From Candidatus Gastranaerophilales bacterium (lineage in GTDB: Bacteria; Cyanobacteriota; Vampirovibrionia; Gastranaerophilales; JANQFW01), in contig JANQHM010000245.1 in assembly GCA_028282645.1 (NCBI GenBank), positions 1-49,155 of the forward strand: a stretch of 49,155 nucleotides of DNA, written 5' to 3'. Position numbers and translations under genes: made by a program. The notes under the pieces were generated by a model, which searched no databases, was not told the DNA's origin, and worked only from the letters and a program-made list of their open reading frames with translations. Below, in pieces: positions 1 to 9,455 of this stretch; position 1 is the stretch's first letter; each line of letters starts with the position of its first letter.

Positions 1-1
1 T

Positions 2-229
2 AAAGCTACTGATATATATGAAAAAATATTAGGGGCTAATCATCCTGATACCGCTATTTCTTATAACAATATTGGGGGAGTACATCGGACTCAAGGCAAC
101 TATGACGAGGCTATCAAGCTGTACAATAAAGCTTATGAGATATTTAAAAACTCATTAGGCGAAAGTCATCCAAACACCTTGACAATAAAAGAAAACCTTG
201 AATATATTAATAAAGAGCATAATAGATAA
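2..229 (+). CDS. TPR-repeat protein, C-terminal fragment (5' end lies outside the window)
   Basis: The frame is open from the window edge to TAA at 227-229. It translates as KATDIYEKILGANHPDTAISYNNIGGVHRTQGNYDEAIKLYNKAYEIFKNSLGESHPNTLTIKENLEYINKEHNR, with the G-x-x-HP-x-T / Y-x-x-A periodicity of TPR_12-type repeats. It is absent from the ORF track because it has no start in the window. Confidence 0.6.
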   Translation, partial: KATDIYEKILGANHPDTAISYNNIGGVHRTQGNYDEAIKLYNKAYEIFKNSLGESHPNTLTIKENLEYINKEHNR

Positions 230-667
230 TATCCATTATTAATACATTATTAATCCGGATAAAATTCTTTTATTTCATTCTTAATTTATTCCTCTTTTTG
301 CGAATTGGAAAAGGCTATTTAACAAATATATCTATATATTTAAAGAAACAATAGCTGAAATCTTTGGAACATCATGGAAAAAAATTTTTCTCCGGCAATT
401 AATTTAAAGATGATGCTTATTCATTAATTAAAAAGTCTTAAACTCTACAATCATCAATAATGTAATTTATAAAAGAAATAATTATAAGGTTATTGGCTTT
501 TTATAAAACACCTTTACATTAAAATCACTGATCATCTAAACAAATGATTATTTAAAATGGCTATACACTATAATAATATATACATATTAAGACAATAAGC
601 AAGAAAATATATATAATTCAATTGTTATATATTATTTTTTAAAAGGATATAATGGAAGGTTTATTTT

Positions 668-2644
668 ATGTTTAAAAGATTAAGTCTTAAGCTCAAGCTG
701 CTTACAGGATTTTTACTTGCAGGTATTTTACCAATACTTATTTTTGCCGGTATCGCCATTAGCAATGCGGAAAGCTCTTTAAAAAATTCAGCAAAGTTAA
801 AACTTGAAGGCATAAAGCATCTGAAAGCAAAAAGTATTAAAAGCTACTTTTCAGATACGATCACTCTAATAGACTCTTTTGCAAGAACTCACATGATTAT
901 CGTAAGATTAAATGAATATTATGCCGATAACAAGAGCTTGAAAGAAAAGCTGAATATATACAGCAATAAAGTAAAACACCTGCTTAAAGATCACAATGAT
1001 ATAATGAGTATGGGTTTTCAAGATGTATTTGTAATAGATAAAGAAGGATTTATAATCTATACGGAAGCTCACAAATCAACTATGGGAAAAAACGTAATAA
1101 AAGACTTTAGCAACTCCAGCCTGGCAGAAGGTTATAAAGAAACCCTTACAACAGGCCGCATATCTTTTAAGGATTTTAAATATTATAAAAATCTGGGTGA
1201 ATCCGCAGCTTTTATAATAACTCCATTATTAGATTTTCATAATAACAATAATATAGTTGGAGCTTTGGCTGTCCAAATATCTATAGATAAAATAAATGAG
1301 ATAATGAATGACAGTGCAGGCCTTGGAGAAACAGGAGAAACTTACCTTATAGGCTCAGACGGATTTTTGAGAGCAAACTCAAGGCTTGATAATAATTTAA
1401 CCGTTAATAACTCTTTCAAAAACAAAATAAAAATAAAAACAGAAGCAGTAAAAAATGCACTTGCTGGAACATCAGAAACAAAGCTTATAAAAAATAATAA
1501 GGGCATTAAGGTTTTAAGCTCTTATGAACCTATTAATATACAAGGTAACACCTGGGTTATATCAACAGAAGTAAATGAGTCAGAAGCCCTAGGGGCAGTT
1601 TCTGATTTAAAAAAGACTTCTGTCATCATTATTCTTTTATCAATCGCAACAATTATTTCAATTGCGATCAAAATTACTAATGGCATAACAAAACCTATTA
1701 ATAATTTAGTAGAAAATATTGACCAGAATTCATCATTCGTAGCATCTACATCTACCCAGTTAAAAGATACCTCCCTGCAGCTTGCAGAGGGAAGTACAGA
1801 GCAAGCTTCATCCATAGAAGAAATATCATCCACTCTTGAACAGACATCTTCCATGGTATCTCAAAACAGCAAAAACACGCAAGAGTCAGTTATTATTGCA
1901 AATGAAGTAAAACTATCTTCCAGCAAAGCTAATACAGAAATGCAAGACATGATGGAATCAATGGAAGAGCTTAAAAAATCGAGTAATGAAATTGCAAAAA
2001 TTATAAAAGTAATAGATGAAATAGCATTTCAAACCAATATTCTGGCATTAAATGCAGCCGTTGAAGCAGCCAGAGCCGGAGATGCAGGACTCGGATTTGC
2101 AATTGTGGCAGAGGAAGTAAGAAATCTTGCTCAAAAAAGTGCACAAGCGGCAAAAGATACAGCTGATATTATAGAAAATAATGTCAATATATCAGAACAA
2201 GGTGTTGATGTGTCAAAAAAAGTAAAAAATTCGCTTGATACAATTAATAATCAATCTCAAAAAGTAAGCTCACTACTTGAAGAAGTAGCTGAAGCAAGCC
2301 AAGAACAGACTCAAGGAATTTCTCAGATTAATAAAGCTATATCTGCAATAGATCAAGTTATACAAACTAACGCTTCCAATGCGGAGGAAAACGCCTCAAC
2401 AACAGGGCAACTATTTGTACATGCTGAAAGTATGAAAACAGTAGTCAATGACCTTGTAAAAATTATAAACGGAACCGATTATAATAATAGCGCTACCGGC
2501 GAATCTCTATCAATTACCTCAAATTATCAAACAAAATCTGATAAAAAAATAAAAGCAGTGAACCACAATTTAAATAAACGTAAAGCAATAACAAAATCCC
2601 CTAGCGAGATTATACCTCTTAATGATGACGCTTCTGATTTTTAA
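668..2644 (+). CDS. Methyl-accepting chemotaxis protein with a periplasmic Cache-like sensor
   Basis: It has an N-terminal TM, a roughly 270-aa extracytoplasmic region with Cache-like motifs ([13 protein letters not shown]), and a second TM. The canonical signalling hairpin [41 protein letters not shown] is present. Confidence 0.9.
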   Translation: MFKRLSLKLKLLTGFLLAGILPILIFAGIAISNAESSLKNSAKLKLEGIKHLKAKSIKSYFSDTITLIDSFARTHMIIVRLNEYYADNKSLKEKLNIYSNKVKHLLKDHNDIMSMGFQDVFVIDKEGFIIYTEAHKSTMGKNVIKDFSNSSLAEGYKETLTTGRISFKDFKYYKNLGESAAFIITPLLDFHNNNNIVGALAVQISIDKINEIMNDSAGLGETGETYLIGSDGFLRANSRLDNNLTVNNSFKNKIKIKTEAVKNALAGTSETKLIKNNKGIKVLSSYEPINIQGNTWVISTEVNESEALGAVSDLKKTSVIIILLSIATIISIAIKITNGITKPINNLVENIDQNSSFVASTSTQLKDTSLQLAEGSTEQASSIEEISSTLEQTSSMVSQNSKNTQESVIIANEVKLSSSKANTEMQDMMESMEELKKSSNEIAKIIKVIDEIAFQTNILALNAAVEAARAGDAGLGFAIVAEEVRNLAQKSAQAAKDTADIIENNVNISEQGVDVSKKVKNSLDTINNQSQKVSSLLEEVAEASQEQTQGISQINKAISAIDQVIQTNASNAEENASTTGQLFVHAESMKTVVNDLVKIINGTDYNNSATGESLSITSNYQTKSDKKIKAVNHNLNKRKAITKSPSEIIPLNDDASDF

Positions 2645-2681
2645 ATGAACCTCCCGACCCAAGGGTCTGGGTATTCTATCG
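2644..2681 (-). mobile_element. Palindrome-bearing short element, copy Z (inverted, internally deleted)
   Basis: The reverse complement reads cgatagaatacccagacccttgggtcgggaggttcatt. That is the left end plus the right end of the 104-bp element at 40466-40569, with the centre missing. TTATT (reverse complement, 2682-2686) flanks its left end, as in the other copies. Confidence 0.6.
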
Positions 2682-2697
2682 AATAAAAAACAAATTT

Positions 2698-2752
2698 AAA
2701 ATAAAACACCCTGGTAAGCCTTTATGCAAAAGAACAGTCGGGGTATTTTATT
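2698..2752 (+). terminator. Long imperfect stem-loop with a U-rich tail downstream of the MCP gene
   Basis: AATAAAACACCC ... GGGGTATTTTATT pairs 11 of 12 positions around a roughly 28-nt loop. Its position fits a 3' end for the MCP transcript. Confidence 0.35.
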
Positions 2753-2824
2753 CAGGATTCTTATTTTGTTTGCAAATTTTAAACGAGCATGTTATAAAAT
2801 TATTCATAAATAGTTATTAACAAG

Positions 2825-2890
2825 TTATAATGCTTAAAAAATACTTTTCAGATTATTCAATCGTAGTTAGATTTAGTTAAATAAATTATA
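2825..2890 (-). repeat. Intergenic repeat R3, inverted copy (approximate limits)
   Basis: The reverse complement contains gattgaataatctgaaaagtattttttaag. This matches gattaaagaatctgaaaagtatttttaag at 42570-42596 and aagaatctgaaaagtatttt at 45326-45345. Confidence 0.45.
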
Positions 2891-2925
2891 GTCTGGTTAA
2901 AATTTTAAAAAAAAGGGAAGAAAAA

Positions 2926-3582
2926 ATGACGAAAGAATACCTAATATCAGAGTTTGCAAATGAATTTGAGGTATCAGTAAATACAGCCTGGAAGTGGATA
3001 AAAAAACAAGGATTAAATACAGAATTAAAAAATATCAACAACAGAGATGTTAACGTAGTTATACTTAGTGATAAAGAATACAATAATCTTTATTCTAAGA
3101 AATTTGGCAGATTACCGGGAGAAGCCAATAGAAATAATATGAATAATACAAATAATGATATGAATGAATACTTTGAAGATGCAGAATATGAGCATATTAA
3201 TATTAATCAACACACAAATCCTATATCCCAACAAGTAGACGCTCGTAATATTATCGAAAGCGTTATGACCTATTCAAAAGACATGAATAATCACATCAAA
3301 GAATATATTGATAGAATCATTAATGCAGAATCTCAAATAAGGCTTTTAGAAGACTCTGAACGTCGTAAAGAAGCTGAGTATCTAAGCCTGGTTTCTAACA
3401 ATAAAATACTTAATGAACAGGTTCATGAAGCCAAAGATAATATTAATAACCTTGAAAATGAACTAAAATTACTAAGAAAACGCAACATTGAAATGGAAAC
3501 TAAAAATAATAAACTGCAAGAAGAAAATAAAAAAATAAAAAAACAAGAAGACAAAGCTTGGTGGAACAGAAGAATATTTTAA
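2926..3582 (+). CDS. Hypothetical protein: putative N-terminal helix-turn-helix, N-rich linker, C-terminal coiled coil
   Basis: A purine-rich RBS (aaaagggaag) precedes the ATG. The N-terminus YLISEFANEFEVSVNTAWKWIKKQGL looks like a short HTH. The C-terminal roughly 90 aa are heptad-like (LEDSERRKEAEYL...LENELKLLRKRNIEME). Confidence 0.5.
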   Translation: MTKEYLISEFANEFEVSVNTAWKWIKKQGLNTELKNINNRDVNVVILSDKEYNNLYSKKFGRLPGEANRNNMNNTNNDMNEYFEDAEYEHININQHTNPISQQVDARNIIESVMTYSKDMNNHIKEYIDRIINAESQIRLLEDSERRKEAEYLSLVSNNKILNEQVHEAKDNINNLENELKLLRKRNIEMETKNNKLQEENKKIKKQEDKAWWNRRIF

Positions 3583-3603
3583 TCTTATAAAAGCTTATAA
3601 ATA

Positions 3604-3638
3604 AAAAGCAAATTCTGCTTTAAGCAGGGATGTTTTTT
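3604..3638. terminator. Shared hairpin between convergent genes (2926..3582 and mnmE)
   Basis: AAAGCA-aattc-TGCTTT is flanked by A-runs and T-runs on both strands. Confidence 0.45.
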
Positions 3639-3642
3639 ATTA

Positions 3643-5025
3643 CTACTTACCAATACAAAAGTTAGAAAATATATTATCCAAAATCTCTTCAGTTACAACC
3701 TCTCCGGTAATTTCATCAAGAGACAGCAAAGCTGTTTTTAAATCTATAGAAATAAAATCCTGAGGTACATAATTTTGGCAAGACGTAACCGCCAATAACA
3801 AAGACTCTTTTGCATTATTTAAACATTCCTGATGCCTGATATTTGTAAAGTATTCACTATTATCAATATCATTGAAAGATAAAGCAAACTGCTTTATTTT
3901 TTGCTTTACAAGTTTTATCCCGTTGCCGGTTTTTGTTGATATTAAACAGTCAGGCATTTCGGGCAATACTGAATCATTAAGGTTATTAACCAGGTCAACC
4001 TTAGAACCAACCTTAATTACAGGCTTACCTTTAATTTTATTTAAAATAGCTATATCTTCTTTTTTCATACCTTTGGTTAAATCATACAAAAACAAAACAA
4101 TATCAGCACTTTGAATATGATCTTTAGCAATATTTATACCAATAGATTCAATTTGATCACTCTGTGTTTTGCTCTCCAGGTCACGAATTCCCGCAGTATC
4201 AATTAAAGTAACAGGTATTCCATCCACATCTAAAGATTCCTGAATAATATCACGAGTAGTACCCGGAATATCAGTAACAATAGCTCTTTCCATATTTAAT
4301 AAAGTGTTAAATAAAGAAGATTTACCTACATTAGGCTTTCCGGCTATAGCTATTTTTACCCCCTGCCTCATTAAATTAGAATTATTGGAAGACTTTAAAA
4401 TATCATTTATTCTTTCAATAATATTAATCACACACTCTTCCAAATAAGTATACTCAGGCTCTTCAACCTCTTCAGGAAAATCAAGAGCTGCTACAACCTC
4501 GGATAAAATATTCATAACCCCACTTCTTATCTCTTTAATACAAGAAGATAACTTTCCTGATAAATTATAAGCTGATACCTGTGAAAACTTATCTGTTCGA
4601 GAATGAATGATATCTAAAATTGCCTCTGCCTCGGTCAATCCCATTTTACCGTTTAAAAAAGCTCTTTTACTAAATTCACCACGAGTAGCTGACCTTGCAC
4701 CGGCTTTTAAACAAAGCTGCAAAATATTTTTAGTAATATTAATACCACCATGACAATGAATTTCTATAATATCTTCACCGGTAAAACTTTTAGGCCCCTT
4801 AAAAGATAACAATAATACCTGATCAACAGGCTTGTTATTATATTTTATCCAACCATAATAAATTTTATTAGCCTCAAAGTCCGGTAATTTTTTATTTTTT
4901 AAACTCAAAGAAAAAATTTCTGAAATTATATCAAAAACTTTCTCACCGCTTATCCTGATAACAGCAACACCTCCTGTACCAAGAGGCGTTGCTATTGCTG
5001 CTATTGTATCATTAATATATTTCAT
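3643..5025 (-). CDS. mnmE: tRNA uridine-5-carboxymethylaminomethyl modification GTPase MnmE
   Basis: The N-terminus is DTIAAIATPLGTGGVAVIRISG, the G-domain contains GKPNVGKSSLFN and DTAGIR, and the hallmark C-terminal CIGK is present. Confidence 0.95.
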   Translation of the reverse strand: MKYINDTIAAIATPLGTGGVAVIRISGEKVFDIISEIFSLSLKNKKLPDFEANKIYYGWIKYNNKPVDQVLLLSFKGPKSFTGEDIIEIHCHGGINITKNILQLCLKAGARSATRGEFSKRAFLNGKMGLTEAEAILDIIHSRTDKFSQVSAYNLSGKLSSCIKEIRSGVMNILSEVVAALDFPEEVEEPEYTYLEECVINIIERINDILKSSNNSNLMRQGVKIAIAGKPNVGKSSLFNTLLNMERAIVTDIPGTTRDIIQESLDVDGIPVTLIDTAGIRDLESKTQSDQIESIGINIAKDHIQSADIVLFLYDLTKGMKKEDIAILNKIKGKPVIKVGSKVDLVNNLNDSVLPEMPDCLISTKTGNGIKLVKQKIKQFALSFNDIDNSEYFTNIRHQECLNNAKESLLLAVTSCQNYVPQDFISIDLKTALLSLDEITGEVVTEEILDNIFSNFCIGK

Positions 5026-5031
5026 GATTAC

Positions 5032-6147
5032 TTATTTATTTTTATTATGAGTGATTTTTTCCTGATTCTTACTATTTACCGTTTTTTTTTCCACGATTTC
5101 TGTCTGTATCAAACCAGAGCTGCTTATTTTACTTTCAGTTTCCAATTGATTGTTAATAATTATAGTTTGCACTATCTGAAATATATTACTAACAACAAAA
5201 TACAAAAACACACCCGCAGGTATAGGAATAAACAGTAAAGGCACCACTATAGCCACAGGCATAATTTTTGCCATTTTTTCCTGCAACTGCTTCTGCATAG
5301 GGTCCATAGCTGCCGTATTAGACATTTTACTCATTATTTTTTGAGTAATTATCATAGTTACAGCAAATAGTATAATCAATGTAAGAACATCATAATTAAA
5401 TTTTGTGTCAACTTTTTCAGTTTGAATATCGGCAAACAACTTGGAATCTTTAACATTAAAAGTTATATGTTCAATTTCTTTGGTATTTTCATTAATAAGG
5501 GTAACATCTGTTTTTTCTACTTTATTTAATTGCTCATAAGGCAAATCCAAATTATTCAAGCTTATACCAAATTGAACGGTTTGCCCCGGTATAATCATTT
5601 CAGGCTTATCTATTGCTTTCTTTTCATTAAGTATTACAGCATCATTAATAATTTTTCCGTCTTTCAGGTAAACTTTAACATGCTTATCAAGAACAAATCT
5701 GTCTTGCCTCTCTACCGCAAACTTGGTATCACCTATAACACCGGCTCTATCTCTTAAAGTGGAACTTAATTTATTAATAAACATAAAAGATGAATTACCT
5801 GATAAATCCATAAATTGCGGACTTATCAATGCAGCATAAAGCAGAATAAATATAGGCATCTGAACCATTAAAGGCACACATCCGCCAAGAGGATTAAACT
5901 TATGCTCTTTATAAAATTCCATCATCTTCATCTGCATAGTTTGAGGGTCACTTTTATATCTTGCTTGTAATTGCTTTAACTTTGGAGCCAGCTCTTGCAT
6001 TTTTTTCATGCTTTTTTGTTGAGAATAGCTCAATGGCCACATTGCAGCCCTAATCACCAAAGTAAATAAAACTATTCCCAGTCCGTAACTTCCGGTTATA
6101 TTAGCCAGAACTTTTAAAAATTCAACTGTTATTGCAACAAAATCCAC
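5032..6147 (-). CDS. yidC: Membrane protein insertase YidC/Oxa1 family (short form, with an unusual internal soluble insertion)
   Basis: GTG start preceded by agaggt. The conserved core is GLGIVLFTLVIRAAMWPLSYSQQKSMKKMQELAPKLKQLQARYK...NPLGGCVPLMVQMPIFILLY, and it is directly coupled to mnmE. Confidence 0.9.
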   Translation of the reverse strand: MDFVAITVEFLKVLANITGSYGLGIVLFTLVIRAAMWPLSYSQQKSMKKMQELAPKLKQLQARYKSDPQTMQMKMMEFYKEHKFNPLGGCVPLMVQMPIFILLYAALISPQFMDLSGNSSFMFINKLSSTLRDRAGVIGDTKFAVERQDRFVLDKHVKVYLKDGKIINDAVILNEKKAIDKPEMIIPGQTVQFGISLNNLDLPYEQLNKVEKTDVTLINENTKEIEHITFNVKDSKLFADIQTEKVDTKFNYDVLTLIILFAVTMIITQKIMSKMSNTAAMDPMQKQLQEKMAKIMPVAIVVPLLFIPIPAGVFLYFVVSNIFQIVQTIIINNQLETESKISSSGLIQTEIVEKKTVNSKNQEKITHNKNK

Positions 6148-6404
6148 TATTATTAAACCTCTTCTTTTTGTTCATCTTCTTGTTTAATATTTTATCTAAA
6201 ACATATCTATTATTCAAAAAAAATTTAAAAACAATACATCTTTCTTATCATTTAAACTGACTTATAAAAAACAAATTAAGTTCCACATTATAAAAAAAAT
6301 AGAAAGATAAAATATTGACAACTTTAAAAAAATTTTTTCTTATTTTGGCCAGGCCCATCTTAATTTAATTTGTTCAATACCTTCAATCTTTTAGAAGCTG
6401 TCTT

Positions 6405-6450
6405 GTTAAAGCTTACATCGCCTTGCCAAGCAAGCCGCTTCAGCTTTAAC
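6405..6450. repeat. Imperfect long inverted repeat (hairpin) in the yidC / 6701 intergenic region
   Basis: GTTAAAGCT (6405-6413) and AGCTTTAAC (6442-6450) form a perfect 9-bp dyad. They enclose a partly self-complementary GC-richer core, gccttgccaagcaagcc. Confidence 0.4.
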
Positions 6451-6523
6451 AGCGCAGTCCATAAATGAACCTTTATTATTGCTATAACTAGCTTTTATTT
6501 TTTTAACCAGATAGGCTCTTATT

Positions 6524-6585
6524 TATACAGGTTCCAAAATTAAATTTCAGATTTCTCTTTGGAGTAAGCTTATAAAAAGTAAATC
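6524..6585 (+). repeat. Conserved ~60-nt upstream block, copy 1 (second copy at 42434-42494)
   Basis: tatacaggttccaaaattaaatttcagatttctctttggagtaagcttataaaaagtaaatc aligns with tatacaggttctaaattaaattttagattactctttggaatgagcttataaaaaataaaatt. Confidence 0.6.
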
Positions 6586-6700
6586 AAATATACTAACTCA
6601 ATTGTAAAAATATATAATATTTTCCCAAAAAGCTAGCAAAAATACTCATGTTTATATTTATTATTTTATGAAAGAATTTTTAAGTTCAGGATAAAATATA

Positions 6701-8800
6701 ATGTTAACAAAATACAACACGGACATAAAAAACAAAAATAAAAAAATAAAAAATACTCAACCCGAAATTACCGCAAAAAAGCACAATAATTTTGGGAGTA
6801 ATGATATACAGCAAACTCAACAGCAAGCGCCTTCTTTAGCTCAACTGCCAATTCCTCTACACCAGGATATGCAATTACAATCCCAAAAAACATACAATCC
6901 TAAAACACCCTTACCTGAGCCTTACCAGGGGATAATTCACAATGATTCAAACAATCCGTTCCCGGATTACTCTCCGCCTACAGACGACTTTCAAAAAAAA
7001 GAAGACTTAAAAGTACCTCATAGCGGATTTGATGCCAACTCAGACGTTGTCTCAGAGATACTTGCAAAAAAAATGAAAAAAACAAGCTTGGAAAACAATC
7101 CCCAACAGCAATTCAATCAACTTCCCCCTCCGCAACAAATACCACTTAACATCCCCCCCGCAAGTACACCTCCATTCCCTAACAATATGCCGCCAGGTAT
7201 ACCTGCCAACATGCAACCGCCTCCAAACATGTCAGGCCCGCCACCTCCGGAAAATGATCCGGACTTTGGTAATGATGACTCTCCATATGGCATCTCGCAA
7301 AGCAAAAAAAATAGAATACCAAGAAAAACTGACCCAATACTCACAAGCAAACCCCTATTTGCTCCGGTACCCAGTAATTATCCGGAGGCCCCTTACTTAA
7401 ATTCCTTTGAAGATATCAATACAAATCAACCCCCTACTCCACCCGGGCAACTGAAAAATATTCCACCACCTCCTCCTCAATATTTACCCCCGGATATACC
7501 CATTAACCAACCTCCTGTACACCAAGGTAATATCCCCGGTCAACCAATGTTAAATACTAACAATCCATACATGCAGCAACCTCCTAATGATCCGGCAGCT
7601 CTGGGATTAAATCCTGCCTACTTTAATAATGCATCGCAATTTATTCAAACTTCAGCAACCGGTGCAAAAAAGAAAATAGCAACAGCACTAATAGTTGCCG
7701 GCACTACAATAACAACAGCCACGGGATTTTTAGTCGGAAAATCAAAGCAAATAGGAACACGAGGTAATATAGAAAAATGCAGATCTTTTGCCGGCAACTG
7801 TTTAGACTTTACAAATGCCTGCTTAAGCTCCACTACAGAATATATAAAAAATAGCTTAAATAAAGTTGCTGATTGCGAAGCATTAAATTTAATAAAAAAA
7901 ACACTTTTCCACTCAAAAAAAGGCTCGGCAGAATATCTTGCAATCAAAAGGAAAACAACTTTAACAACCCCGGAAGAAGTAGAAAAATATTCAAATTACA
8001 TCAGAGAAAGAGCCTGTTCTCCGGGAAAAAGAATAAACATTCAATTCAGTGAAGAAAACTACGCTTCAAAAGTATTAGATGATTTTTTATCAAAAGATTC
8101 TACTTCTTTGACAAGATTAAGAAATGGAGCACTTAAAGAATATTTCAACCTAAGACCTGATGAATGTTGCCAAATTAATGAACTCATTGATAATATAACT
8201 CGAGAATTAAATGGCTTAAAGCTCCAAGGTACTCCCCCTGGAGAACCCGGAATAACCCACATTGAAAAAGCCATAAATAAATCCGCTCAAGCTGGATGCA
8301 TACCGGGCACCTCATTAACAGTTAAAGAATTAGGAAAATTTATAGATGAAAGCTCTAATAAAGATAATATCATTGAAAATATTGGTAAATTAAGAGGAAA
8401 ATTATCAACTTCTAAATTAAGTCACCTTGATCTTGGAAAAAAAGCAATAAAAGAATCCAGAGAAAGCCCGGAAAGATTACATGACCTAAACAATTCAATC
8501 AGAGCGATTATTGATATAGTAAAAGGATCCCCGCATAATCCGGAAAGAATACCCAAAATAAAAATTGTGCTGGAAAATAAAGAAAATGCAGAGGCATTAA
8601 GAAATATAATGACACAAAACAATGGTGTAATACCTCCAAATATAGATGAAAAAATACTTGGAGACATAAACAGGGTGGGCCTGGAGTATGAAAATCAAGG
8701 CTGGATACAGCAAATATTTAAATCTAAAAATCACAACCAGGAAAACAACATAATAGTAAACATTAATGGCCAAAATTATATTATAAGAAATAATATATAA
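6701..8800 (+). CDS. Hypothetical protein: ~320-aa proline/glutamine-rich region, single TM, ~350-aa C-terminal domain
   Basis: The 699-aa ORF has polyproline tracts (LPPPQQIPLNIPP, SGPPPPENDP, NIPPPPPQYLPPDIP). A hydrophobic segment IATALIVAGTTITTATGFLVG follows, then a Cys-containing globular part. Confidence 0.6.
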   Translation: MLTKYNTDIKNKNKKIKNTQPEITAKKHNNFGSNDIQQTQQQAPSLAQLPIPLHQDMQLQSQKTYNPKTPLPEPYQGIIHNDSNNPFPDYSPPTDDFQKKEDLKVPHSGFDANSDVVSEILAKKMKKTSLENNPQQQFNQLPPPQQIPLNIPPASTPPFPNNMPPGIPANMQPPPNMSGPPPPENDPDFGNDDSPYGISQSKKNRIPRKTDPILTSKPLFAPVPSNYPEAPYLNSFEDINTNQPPTPPGQLKNIPPPPPQYLPPDIPINQPPVHQGNIPGQPMLNTNNPYMQQPPNDPAALGLNPAYFNNASQFIQTSATGAKKKIATALIVAGTTITTATGFLVGKSKQIGTRGNIEKCRSFAGNCLDFTNACLSSTTEYIKNSLNKVADCEALNLIKKTLFHSKKGSAEYLAIKRKTTLTTPEEVEKYSNYIRERACSPGKRINIQFSEENYASKVLDDFLSKDSTSLTRLRNGALKEYFNLRPDECCQINELIDNITRELNGLKLQGTPPGEPGITHIEKAINKSAQAGCIPGTSLTVKELGKFIDESSNKDNIIENIGKLRGKLSTSKLSHLDLGKKAIKESRESPERLHDLNNSIRAIIDIVKGSPHNPERIPKIKIVLENKENAEALRNIMTQNNGVIPPNIDEKILGDINRVGLEYENQGWIQQIFKSKNHNQENNIIVNINGQNYIIRNNI

Positions 8801-9031
8801 TATATAGCATTTAAACAACGGCTAATGGCCCTGATAAGTAAAAAAAATAATGCTATTGTGAAATTTATTACAGCCAAATGGTTTTATTATATTAAGACAA
8901 TAAAAAAAAATTTATTCCAATTTTAATTGTATAATCTAAAGTTTAGACTTGAAAAATTTTAAAAATAGGTTATATTAGTATTGTTAGAACTTTAAAAGTT
9001 TATCCCCTTTTAATAATTGGAGACCAAGATA

Positions 9032-9196
9032 TTGAACAATAAAATTATCAAAGATATAAAAGAAGAAAAGATAAAAATTTCTGTAGATAGAATCGAAAAC
9101 CAGGTAGAGATTATTTTTGAGGGCAAAGACTCAAAAAAAAATAACACAATAACTCTCAAAGGCGAAGGAATGTTGAAATCATTAATTCCTGTTTAA
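9032..9196 (+). CDS. Possible small ORF (54 aa, TTG start)
   Basis: ggag lies 8 nt upstream of the TTG. A TTGAAA-N16-TATATT promoter-like pair sits at 8949-8976. It translates as LNNKIIKDIKEEKIKISVDRIENQVEIIFEGKDSKKNNTITLKGEGMLKSLIPV. It is below the size cutoff of the ORF track. Confidence 0.25.
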   Translation: MNNKIIKDIKEEKIKISVDRIENQVEIIFEGKDSKKNNTITLKGEGMLKSLIPV

Positions 9197-9322
9197 AATG
9201 CTTTTAAATACAATATTTTTTAAACCGGATTAGTGATGACTAATTTTTATTATTAAATTATTATATTAAAGTAAGAGGATATAAATCTTACTTTAAGTGC
9301 CAGGCCCAAATAATCAAAAATG

Positions 9323-9415
9323 GGTGATGGTCATCACCTTTCTTATGTCATCACTGTAAGCTTTTGATATAACTTGAGTTTACTTGTAAGCATCAGTACT
9401 CAACTGATCACTACC
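9323..9415 (+). mobile_element. 93-bp MITE, copy 1
   Basis: It starts GGTGATGGTCATCACC and ends CTGATCACTACC. It is flanked by caaaaatg (9315-9322) and aaaaaatg (9416-9423), a 7/8 direct duplication. The sequence is near-identical to 38124-38216 and 45198-45290. Confidence 0.8.
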
Positions 9416-9455
9416 AAAAAATGAATAAAGTTACATAACTGGACTACAGGGACTT

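Noticed and set aside
923-930. GCCGATAA, the sigma-28 -10 consensus, preceded by TAAG at about the right distance.
   Set aside because: It lies inside the MCP coding sequence (codons Y-A-D-N), the -35 element is imperfect, and no gene starts downstream. It is most likely coincidence.
1522-1854. Track ORFs lying antisense to, or out of frame within, well-supported genes. Examples: 1522..1854, 3872..4114, 7117..7350, 9833..10216, 17997..18233, 20217..20507, 23350..23736, 23937..24425, 24832..25116, 30985..31260, 33258..33581, 41124..41432, 41654..42148.
   Set aside because: Each is fully embedded in a longer ORF with clear family signatures or better coding character. They have odd compositions (Ser/Pro/Cys/Phe-rich shadow translation) and no RBS.
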